The notes under the pieces: generated by a model | Seen by the model: the letters and a program-made list of their open reading frames with translations, nothing else | Database searches by the model: none | What the model was told of the DNA's origin: nothing | In this document: positions 1-10,664 of the stretch, in pieces | How positions within the stretch are numbered: the stretch's first letter is position 1 | Layout: each line of letters starts with the position of its first letter | Made by a program: the position numbers and the translations under genes | Origin: Marsupella aquatica | Taxonomy: Eukaryota; Plantae; Marchantiophyta | Length of the DNA stretch: 64,000 nucleotides | Assembly: GCA_973895155.1 (NCBI GenBank) | Contig: OZ316894.1 | Coordinates: forward strand, 21,795,867 to 21,859,866 | Direction of reading: 5' to 3'

Positions 1-159
1 GTATTGTAGCACGTAGTGGTACATCACTAGGTATTATGATATATCTTTTTATTAAGATTATCTAGAAAAGACGTGCTAACAGTAAAATGCCACAGTACGT
101 TAACAAGTGACCTTATCGTGGCTTTGCATAAAATATACTAACCGAGTTTCAAACCTTAC

Positions 160-375
160 CTACATATTTCTCTTGATTATTCTATTCATGAAACTGTTAT
201 GTGTTCCGTCCACATCGAGATCCAGGTAGTAGCACAAAAAGTGGTCATGAATTACGCCAATTGTGTTCTCAGATATAAGTATTCCATGCAAGTTGTCATC
301 AGGGGCATCCTCATTGTCATCTTCTACTTGCTCGGAGGTGCTGCCTTTGACCATTACAATCCCAGAGATTGCAAC
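160..375 (-). pseudogene. Copper amine oxidase (primary amine oxidase) catalytic-domain exon, orphan/likely pseudogenic
   Basis: After a CAG acceptor (376-378) it reads VAISGIVMVKG...LHGILISENTIGVIHDHFLCYYLDLDVDGTHNSF, the HxH copper-ligand/LDLDVDG motif of CuAOs. An in-frame TAG (162-160) sits directly before a consensus GTAAG donor. No upstream CuAO exons seen in 376-4500. Confidence 0.75.
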
Positions 376-382
376 CTGTCAA

Positions 383-1500
383 TTAGTTATTGTACTCCTC
401 CGCTTCTTCATCTATAAGTATCCGGTCCATTGAGTAAAGATTGACCAGATAGCAAGAAAGGGATGTAGGGGTCTTCAAATGAAGATTCCGGACCTGCTTA
501 GCTATAACTTCCTCCAAAACTTTGGCCCAGGAAATCTTCTTCTCTCCTATGTAAGAAGCAACAATCGTGTTCCTCATCCGGATTGTAAGTTGTCAAGGCT
601 TGGCAAGGAGAGAATTGGTAGCAAAAAGGACGTACAGAACATCAAAAAACTCCTCATTACAACACCGAGATACCTTCCAACCATCTTTCGGATCGACCTC
701 TCCATCAAAGTAATTTTCAGCAAAGTCATTCTTCGAGGTCAGAAAGCCCTCTCCCTTCAAAGGCACATCCAATAGGGACAAGATAATTATTGCGGCCCAC
801 TTTTCCGGTTTGGCTCTAATCAAATCCGGAAATTCTAGAATGAGGGTTGAATGGTTCCGGACCTCCTTGATGAATACAACACTCTGGTAACCCCAGGGAA
901 ACTCCATCAACTTTGCACAGCCAATGTCTCTAGATTCTTTTGTAATCGATCCCTCCTCTCCTGATCTGAAGGTATCTCCAGTTGCAACGGCTTCTCGTTA
1001 ACAATGATGGCTCTTTCCTTCGTAGACCTCTTTGGTAATGTCCGGAGTCTGGATTTTCATGGGGAAAAATCCGGATCCTTTCTCTTCACCATGATGAGTG
1101 ATGGAGAGAAAGAAAACAAATTCCAAACCCTAGTAGAATTCCGGAATTCCTATCACAAGTCTCAAATCCAGAAATCAAAAGTTGCGTCTTCTATTCCCCA
1201 CTCAAGCGAACGATCACCACTTCCCCCGTCACCAACTTTCCTCATGACTAATGCCTCAAATTGCAGCCTCGTCCAGCTCTATTCTCTCCAATAGTTCAGA
1301 CTAAAGATTTCCACAGCGGTTTGGTGTGTAGACTGCAGCCCCAACAATGGCCTTAAGAACTTAGAGGCCAACTTCGTGAATCCGGACGGATGCTGAACTT
1401 ATGGTTTTATTTTTATTCTTGTACGCCTCTTGTGTTGCAGCTGTAACGACGTTTTGAGTTCCGAAAGAGTGCTATCCGGCTATTTCCAGATCAGACTCTT
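383..1500 (-). mobile_element. Degenerate retrotransposon-associated ORF remnant and leader
   Basis: Frameshifted ORF pieces 593-910 and 383-577 (DGWKVSRC...; ISWAKVLEEVIAKQV...PTSLSCYLVNLY) resemble repetitive TE-associated hypothetical proteins of liverworts. No introns. Family assignment is from memory, not a search. Confidence 0.45.
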
Positions 1501-3310
1501 CAAACTAGTTAAAATAGCCATTTCCGGTCTCAATATGCTCCGTAAACCATCAAAAAGAGAGAATTTAAAAACCACTGTTTAATTCCTTTGGTTATAACCA
1601 TGGTATCACAATTTTTTTGAAATAACCATGGGTAGAAGGAAACTCTTCAGCTATTTTAACACTTACCAAGGTAAAACATAAGAAACCCTTCAACTAATGG
1701 ACAAAGGAATACCATTGATAGAACATAAGAAACCAAGGGAACTTTGTGCATGGACTACTACCATGAATAATTTCCTCTTTTTTTCCTCTCATCTCCATAT
1801 TCAAACCTATTCCAATATGCAACTTTTCATATTACTTTCCAACACGTGCTCTAACTTGTTGAATAACATCTAACTTACATAACCAAGGGGTACTCAAACT
1901 AATTCCCTTGTTTGAGGAGGTGGAGAAGCAACTTTCTAGGGGCTTGCTGTTATATTAGTTGTGTGGTTGGTTGTTGTGTGATGTGGCTTCTTTTGCCTTT
2001 GGGGGTAGAGAGGAGCAACTTATATTAAAGTTTCAGTATAATAAAATCTAGATTTCATTAGAAAACTAGGCAAAAAAGGAAATAAAAACACAATGAAGTT
2101 TTGATAAGGACTCTTGCACATAGATGGGACAGGGAAGACATATTTTCCACAATGTCATTTTTTGCGCAAACATCTTCTACACAAAGTGGTCATTTATGCA
2201 ACAAAATCTTCTCTACGAATGACATACTATACACAATGATCGTTTTTGCAGTGTGTCATGACCATATGTATTGTGTGGTGGGATATAGTGTGCTAGCAGA
2301 GGCCATGGGTAGATCTAGTAGAGCCTAGGTAGGGATGTAGTTTCATGCATAGGGTTGGATGAGTGCTCTGTTGAGGGTGACTCTTCCAGTAGGGCCCACC
2401 CTCGGGTTTGAGGGTATAGTGTGGAGTGAGCTTAAAGAACAGTAGTTCTTTGAGTTGAGCCTATTGTGTTGGGAGTTAGTTTTGGTAGTGAGTAGTGCTC
2501 CTTGGCTATCGCAGTTCCCGTTAGCTTTGACCTAAATCCTCCCATTGTGGATTGGGTTTGGCTCGAGCCAATTTTATTACAGTGGCTCTTCTGGCTCCCA
2601 TGGCTTGATTAGGGTTTGCTTTGGTTTTGTTTCTCATGTGGTGTGGGTTACGGCCCCTCTCTGGCATTGGTGCGCCATGTTTCCGTTTGGCTTGAGAGGT
2701 TTTTGCCCCATTGTGTTCCATTCTACAGGTCTCAACCCTCCCCTTTTATTTTCAAAAGTTAAAGAGTTAAAAAATCTATGGGTTTCAATGTCAAAGCTTC
2801 AAAGTTGTCCATGATGACTTTTGGCCATAGCTTTTTCACAAGGTTGTGTAAAAGTTTTGTTAATTTGCAATAGCCTCTAGAGTGACTTATGCATGACATA
2901 TGACCAATCTTTGTGGAGAAAAGTGATGGATTATGAGTTTGGTAGTCCATGACTTTTTCTGTCCCTAACCTTAACTGCTTTTTGTTTCTCAAAAAAGGGG
3001 GATGCTAGGCCCGTAAATACCAGACAAAGGAACAAAGCCACCCAAGAAAAGGAACAAACGCGCATGCACCAAGGGAGCCAAACTAATTAGGCCATGAGAT
3101 TCTATTGGCTTTCTCAACATCTCAAACATTAATCATACTATACTGTCTATCTCTCCTCAAGATCTGATATTTCTAACTGTTTTGCTTTTGGGTGTGACTG
3201 ACAAGGGTCACACAACCCTTCCTAGCAATCACCTTATTGGTCCTATACCTATGTCTACACTTGACCCACTTCTTGTACTTTAACAATTCAGTTGCCTTAC
3301 GTTTACCCTC

Positions 3311-3530
3311 TTCCGAGTACATCATGCTAGTATGCTTAATAATTCTTCTCTAGTCCTTGCCCCAAGTGTGAATCCCCTTTCCCCCTACTTCGAGTACATC
3401 ATGCTCCTATGCTCAATAATTTTTCTTTGGTCCTTGCCCTCAGTGTGAATTCCCTTCCCCCTTCTCCGAGTACATCATGCTGATATGCTCAATAATTCTT
3501 CTCAAGTTCATGTCAAGTGTGAATCCCCTT
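3311..3530. repeat. Tandem repeat, 3 copies of about 78 bp
   Basis: cgagtacatcatgct...atgctcaataatt...gtgtgaatcccctt recurs at about 3314, 3391 and 3467. Confidence 0.9.
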
Positions 3531-3589
3531 GCTCGGTTCCTGTATCTTCAACTATCCTGACCCTAACCTTAACTACTAGGTTTAGTTCC

Positions 3590-4540
3590 ATTAAATCTTG
3601 AGGTTTGAGACCCCCTCTTGTCACCACACTCAGTAGAGGGACTACCATAGTAGAAGTTCACGGTCCATCAAATTTTGAGGTTTTAGACACCCTATTTTAA
3701 CCAATAGAGGGATTACCATGGTAGAAGTTCACTGTCCATCAAATTTTGAGGTTTTAGATACCCTACTTTAGCCAGTAGAGGGATTACCATGATAGAAGTT
3801 CACTGTCCATGAAATTTTGAGGTTTAGACACCCTACTTTAACCACAGTCAGTATAGGGACTACCATGGTAGAAACTCACGGTAGAGGCAAGGTGGCAGGT
3901 TTGAGACACCCTACTATAACCACAGTCAGTAGAGGGACTACCATGGTAGAAGCTCACGGTAGATCAAGGTGACGTGGCAGGTTTGAGACACCCTATTGTA
4001 ACCGCAGTCACTAGAGGGACTACCATGGTAGAAGCTCACTGTAGAGACGAGTTGGCAGGTTTGAGACAGTTTACTGTAACCACAATCAATAGAGGGACTA
4101 CCATCATGGTAGAAGTTCACTATCCATCACATTTTGAGGTTTTAGACAACCTACTTTAACCACAGTTAGTACAGGGACTACCATGGTAGAAGCTCACGGT
4201 AGAGGTGAGATGGCAGGTTTGAGACACCCTACTGTAACCCCAGTCACTAGAGGGATTACCATGGTAGAAGCTCACGGCAGATCGAGGCGAGGTGGCAGAT
4301 TTGAGACACCCTACTGTAACTCCAGTCACTAGAGGGACGAGGTACTACCATGGTAGAAGCTCAAGGTAGAGGTGAGGTAGCAGGTTTGAGACACCCTACT
4401 CTAATCCCAGTCACTAGAGGGACTACCATGGTAGAAGCTCACAGTAAAGGCGAGGTGGCGGGTTTGAGACACCCTACTGTAACCCCAGTCACTAGAGGGA
4501 CTACCATGGTTTAAGTTCACGGTAGAGGCGAGGTGGCAGT
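3590..4540. repeat. Minisatellite, about 12 copies of a 71-85 bp unit
   Basis: Core agagggactaccatggtagaagctcac...ggtttgagacaccctactgtaacc recurs; e.g. gactacc at 4421 and 4499 (78 bp apart). Two unit subtypes are interleaved. Confidence 0.95.
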
Positions 4541-4589
4541 GTAGTAAAGCTGTTCCCGAACCTTCACGAGAGAAAAAGGAGCGTTAACG

Positions 4590-4955
4590 AGCGTTTCTCA
4601 TCATTCGCCGTTTTCCCTCTCTTTCCTCTGTTTCCTCTCTCGCCATCTCTCTCGTTCGTTGGACTCGAATCCAATCTCCCTCTCTGCCCTCTTCTTCGAG
4701 GCCTTGTTGGTGCTGCTGCGCTGCGCGTATTGCGGTGTCGTGCAAAACTACATACCTTGCTCTCGTCAGCATTGTTAACAGTGTGTGCCGCCTCCACTTC
4801 CTCGAGCAGGTGGAAGAGCAGCCGACGAAATTGTGGCGATTTTTTTAATCCCTATTTGGCTGTTCCGTTTGCGCTTCGGCTCGGACAAGTCATTTCCTTG
4901 ATACCCACCGTCTTCTTCTTCGGTTCGCCGCTGTCGGTCGTCTATCTGCAGTGTC

Positions 4956-4990
<35 letters not shown>

Positions 4991-5084
4991 GGTCTTGTGA
5001 ATCGAGCAGGTGTTGTTCGGTGCAGTGCAGTTGCCATTTCGTCGATCTCGGAGGGTTTTGCGTTGTCGTTCTTTCGTCCTAGCA
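4590..5084 (+). promoter_or_regulatory. Pyrimidine-rich core promoter/5' leader of p23 with (CT)n tract
   Basis: CT-rich Y-patches at 4610-4700 and a (CT)n run at about 4959-4988, directly upstream of the ATG microexon. Confidence 0.55.
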
Positions 5085-7835
5085 ATGACGAGGTATGTGC
5101 CATGTCCGCTGCCTCCCGAACTTACTTCCTGGGAGGTTTGTCTTCGGCGGTTCCTCTTCCCGCCTCTTTTTGGGGGTTTTGGATGCCTCCTTCGGCGTTT
5201 CTTGTGAACGCGAGGTGTTCTGTATCCGTTACTTGCTCCTTTGTCTGGCTGTGTTCCCGATCTTGTTTTGTCTTGGGGTTTTTTCGTCGTTAGCAAAATT
5301 CGGAACTCGGTCGTGGGTCGATTCTGGTCATTTGAAAAGAGGAATTTGGTTGTGGTGGATCTAAGTGTCTCACATTCCATTGAGAGGGTGTGTCTGCCCC
5401 GTTCGTCCTCTCGTTGCCGGCGGTTGAATTAAAAAAAAAACTCCTGGTGTCAGGAGACTATAATGGAGCGAAGTGGGGAGGAATGAACCATTGATTGACG
5501 GATTATACATATTGTCCGGAGGCTTAAATAGGCAGGACAATATCCCCTCGAGTCACGTGTTAGGGTTCCCATTTATGGCTACGTGAGTGCTTGGGCTTCC
5601 TGTGGCATTTATTCTGTTGTATGTTTGCACCTTTTGCCGGTAATCATGACCGTTAATTTCTCCGCTATGGTACCAGATTTGTTTATAGCAGATTGAGAGG
5701 GTGCGTGCTTGTAATCTGAAATGATCATGTCCTGGTGAAGATTAGTGTTTCGTTTTCGGATTTCTTGAATTAGTAAACACCGGTAGGCCGGGTGCCGAAT
5801 GAGAGATCTCCCACCATGTAATTGTTGACCTGTTTGCACCCCACGTAAGGACTTGTGGGGCTCGGAGGCATGGAGGATTGTGATTTCGAACTGATTTGAC
5901 GGTTGTGAATCCGATGAGGAGCCTTGGACCTGATAACGGATTACGGTTCTGCTAAGTCTAGGTTTAGGCTTGTGTAGAATTTGGGTATCCCTTTGTGTTC
6001 AAGGTTGGAAACTTTGAGTTAGATCAGCAATTTGTAGCTGATTATGTTCTCTTTTGGTTGTAACTCCTTACTTTCAGGCATCCCGAGGTTGTTTGGGCCC
6101 AACGCACGGATAAGCTGTTTCTAACAGTTGAGTTGCCGGACGCAAAGGATCCCAAAGTGAAACTTGAGCCCGATGGGAAATTTTCATTCGCTGCAACTGC
6201 TGGGCTTGATAACCAAGCGTACGAGCTTGAGCTCGAACTTTTTGGGGGAGTAAATGTAGAGGTAAGCGTTTGGGTATCTAATTTCATCGCGAGCATGCCC
6301 ATCTCGACGGTCTTGGCTTGAGGAGCAAAATGCTATTTGACGGATTTTCTGCTTGTCATTTTGCGAGACAGAAGCGCCATCTTCGGTCGCGGTCTCAATT
6401 GGGTTTTACGTGAAGGTCTTGTTCACTGTTCGACCATTCATGGCTCTGCTCGTGTCATTTGCAGGCAAGTAAGATCAATATTGGGCCTCGTCACACTTTT
6501 ATCGTAGTTGAAAAGGCTGAAGTTGGTTGGTGGAAGAGGTTCCTGAAGGCAGAGGGCAAGACCCCTCCTTACATCAAAGTGGACTGGAACAAGTGGGTTG
6601 ATGAAGACGAAGAGAAGGACGCCCCCAGCTGTAAGTCTCGTTTTCAGGTTTCCTATGAATTTGTACAAGTTTCTGAAGATGTGGGGTTCTCTTCTGTACC
6701 TGACGTTCTCTTCTGTACTGACGTTGTACCATGCGTGTTTATAGTTCTATCAGGATATCCATTTCTGCTTGCTTGTATGATGCACTTGTTATACGTAATA
6801 GTTCATAACGCGCCTGTTCTTGTTGATGTGGAAGCGATCGCATTTTCCTTTCTGAGCATTCAAGGATATTTTGTGTCATGAGGAAGTTAGTCTTTTGCCT
6901 CATTGTCAACTGATCAATGTATACGATTTCATTGCAGTGGACAACTTCGACCTAGGGGGTATGGATGATCTCTCGGTATGCAACCCTCTGACCTAATCGG
7001 TTCCTCTGGCGCATAACTCTCTTTATGTCTCCGATGTTTTGTTTCATGAGCATTCGAGGATGTTTCGTGCCGCCGAAGTTGACGTTTAGAATGGGATCTT
7101 ATAAACTCGTTGTTTGTTACAGAAGTTTGATATGGGTGGTGATATGGGTGGTGAGGGAGACAGCGATGATGAAGGTAAAATGCTCTGTAAGTGAATGATA
7201 TCAAGTCTTATGCTAACGTCAGAATAATATGCCTACCAAAGCACTTTGTACAAGTAAGGAAGTAACATACGTCTTCCCTGCCAACGGGTAACCTATATCT
7301 GGTGATGTTGCAACTTTATAATCCTTTCAGTTTACACATGTGCAGTGATTATTTCGCTTGTGTTTGTATTGTTCCCTTAGTCGAAACTAGCTATTGGGAT
7401 TTTGAAAGAGAGCTCTGGTTCGGAAGTTGTCAAATTGTTCTGTTAGGGATGATTTAAAGTCGGCGCCAACTGGGCTGGAAATAGATAATGAACTTAATGT
7501 TGCACGGATAATGAATTTGTTCGTTTGCTGGATGTGTTTTGGTGGGAAATCTGGTATTAGATCTATAACTGATGCAAGAAAGCATTTAGGTTCCAATTCT
7601 TCCTAAAGAAGAGAAATCTGAACCCATGGACTTTTCGAGAAGCTTTCAGATATGTGTCGAGCTGCAGCAGAATACTAACTCCTTGAGCTTCTGGTTGGTA
7701 GTTGATGTACCTGCTCGTCCAAAGAAATCTCAGCACCAATGTGTTGGGCGCGATGTGCCTCTCAGATTTGCCTAACTACATTGTGTTCCTGTTTTACTTC
7801 TTTCAGACCTACCAGAGCTAGAGAGCAAGCCCTGA
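5085..7835 (+). CDS. p23: p23/Sba1-like HSP90 co-chaperone (CS domain), 6 exons
   Basis: Exons 5085-5092, 6078-6261, 6465-6630, 6938-6975, 7123-7174, 7807-7835 with GT-AG introns give [26 protein letters not shown]...KVDWNKWVDEDEE...FDMGGDMGGEGDSDDEDLPELESKP*. Contains the hallmark WAQR and VDWNKWVDED motifs and an acidic tail. Confidence 0.95.
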
Positions 7836-9544
7836 AAAGGAGCTGTGCGAGAGAGAAGTCGATCCAAACGAGACTTCTGTAACTTAATATCAAAGTGTCC
7901 AGATTGAGGAAAGAGGCATGACCAGCTAGTCATCGATAGGCATGACTGTTGGGGTCTGCTATTTTTAAGTTTACCTCCATCTTAGTTCTGCAGTGTGATG
8001 AGGAATGAACATTGACAGCCAGGCATGCTCTCCACTATTTTCACTTAGATTATGCTTAAATTTCCAAGCCCTCTTTTAGTGCCGGTAGAATAAGATTCTA
8101 GGTCGTTTCAAGTGAGATATCGAATGTTCTACTCTTCAAGGAGTTAGGAGTTTAGCAGCAGATATAGGTGGAGTCTTCTAAATCAGGTTCCAGAGAGGAG
8201 CTGAAATTTTAAGCTTCTTTTGAGTACAGTAAAGATGGTTGATGCGGTGGACCTGGGAGGAAACTGATTCCCAGGTATGAAGTTCTCTTGTTCCCAATGG
8301 CTACATGTAATCCTGTCTTCTGTTGGTTGGGATTCGAGCCTGTGTAGTGTGTCGATCGTAAACGTGACTTGGTGATGGGTTCTGATGCCCTTTCAAGTGG
8401 ACACAACTTGCTCGGGCTCCACTGGTTACACCTGCATGTGAAATGATACCCTGCTAGTTGTGACCCATGAACTTGACTAGACCTATTTGGAATGGGTGCG
8501 ACGTACTCAAGCCGTCTAATTGACTTTCATCTGCCATTACTTCTGTACTGGAGATTACCGTCGTGGGGTTATTTTTTCGTTTTTCCCTGAACAATGTTTC
8601 TAAGCTCGAAGGAATTTCGTGGTCAAGAACTGTCCTGAATCACTCGTCCCGAAAACTAAATGTGAATTACTCTAGTTATAAAAGGATTTAATGTGAATTG
8701 GCTCCAACTTAATAATTTTTATATGAGGTGATCTTGATCTACCTCAGTGGACTAAAAGCACGAACGAATCTCCCGGCTTTATGATGACGCAATTTCTTAT
8801 GTAGTTGGTCCTATGAAGAGGAAGGACCCTTTCCCTGCTGCAAGTGCGTTCCTCGTATAACCTGAGGACGATGTCCGTATAAACTGAGTGTTTTCGGTAG
8901 ACGGGAGTCCTCTCAGACTTTATAATTCCCTTACAACGAAAGCGAACCAGTACATGGGCTGTCCATCGGATCTTTCGAATTGAAGTGGCAATTTTTGCCT
9001 TTTTTATGGTGTCTGTTCTGTGAGTCCGATCAGTTTAAGCAAGAGAACCAGGATTGGATTGTCTGAATCTGTGAGTCCGAACTGAAGGAAAGCTCTTCAG
9101 TATACTGGTTACGTTTTCTGTTTGGTAGTAGAAGTTCTGTTTGGTAGTAGAAGTTCCCATAGTTGATCTGGAATGAATGTACACACGTGTGTGGCAGAAT
9201 TCGGTCCCAATGTATGTAAGTGCCCGCATTGTTACACTAGCCCATATTACATCAGAGGGCAGAAGTTGCCTCGACGTCTTCTCGTTTCAGTGGAGGTGTC
9301 TGTGGGATCAAATCTTCCAAGCCCAGTGCGTTCGCCTTGAGAGGGACGCTCGAGTAGAGATTCTGTGAATTAGACTCACGTCATGTACTAACTACAGTAG
9401 ATGCTGCTCCGGTCGTTCAACGATCCGACACGTCAGCCTCGTTCCGTTCATCCAGGCACTGGTAGTCTGGTAGATTAGTTGACCTTCGTGACTTGCATCT
9501 TGGATAAGGACAGTTTAGCTGTCATATTTTAGTGTACCAAAATG

Positions 9545-9930
9545 TGATCAAAGCATGAGTGACAGTCTAGACTTAGAAAATTCAGCCTTCATCCAAGAAT
9601 TCACTTAAACCTTTTATGCAAGTATCCTGTGTCAAGCTTATTAAAGCATGAGTTCGAGAGCGTTGCACTTATTCTAAAAATTTAGCATTCGACAAAGAGC
9701 TCATTTCAACTGTTTTAGCACGTTTTTATATGCCAAGCTTAATAAAGCAGGAGTAAGAGTTGCAACCTTCGTTACTCGGGAAAATTACACTTTAACGAAG
9801 AGTTCGTTTCAGCTTTAGTGGCCCGAGTTCATATGTCTGGCTTATGTGAGTAATGAAACCTTCCAGCGTTAGGAGTAAAATTTAGCCTTCATTTCAATTT
9901 TGCCGGCACGTATTCATATGTCAAGCTTTC
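9545..9930. repeat. Degenerate tandem repeat, about 4 copies of about 100 bp
   Basis: tgtcaagctt...aaagcatgagt...aaaatttagc..ttc...aagagttca motifs recur at about 100 bp spacing between the convergent 3' ends of p23 and the transporter. Confidence 0.6.
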
Positions 9931-10664
9931 TATCCCTGAATGGCGTATGACAAGCCATCAATAAAAATTTACATCATGCCAGTGAAAAATTTAATATCGA
10001 AGTCAATCTCCCTCATTTTCCAGTTCTATACAAAAGTCTCTTGACAATTGTCGTACATCGATGTTGTTGAAAGAATCAGTAAAGGTCCTACACCTCATTT
10101 TCATATTCCCGTACAGTAGGTCTCCCAGGCTCTACAGCCCTGCTAAATCAATGGCTGTTCACACCTGGATCAGCTTCTGCTGATGCTAGCATTACAATTG
10201 GTAGATCCACACCACCGTTCGAGGAGCAATGGGGACAATCTTAAACTGCCTACAAAGGGGACCTACAATAGTCTTAAGAGCCCGTCTGCCAACCCTCACT
10301 TCAAGATCGCGGCCAAGGTAGCCCAAGATGAATCACCACTCTGAGGACGGAATACAACTGCATCTGACTAATACAGCTGCAGCCATGCAGATCAAACATT
10401 TGAACTAGAAATGAATGTGTTTCCCTTGTGCTAAAGCTCGACAGATTCCGGGGTCGGTCAGCAAAGAATGAATATGTAGGGGACTACAATCTTATAGAGT
10501 AGACCCATCAATCAAATAACTAAGTATTTCTCAATCATCGCTCTCGCTGACTCTGGCGATAAGCAACATGATTTCGCAAAATCACGAGGTTTAGGTTTTG
10601 GTTGGAACATCTCGTTTGTCGCGCCATTTGGTTCTCTTTTCAAAGCCACGGGTCCCAAAACCGC

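Noticed and set aside
3590-4540. CRISPR-like appearance (conserved core with variable intervening sequence)
   Set aside because: The intervening parts are homologous to each other rather than unique spacers, there are no cas genes, and the context is eukaryotic. It is a minisatellite.
4730-5380. Overlapping 187-aa (+) and 201-aa (-) ORFs
   Set aside because: They span the CT-rich p23 leader and first intron and translate to low-complexity sequence with no domain.
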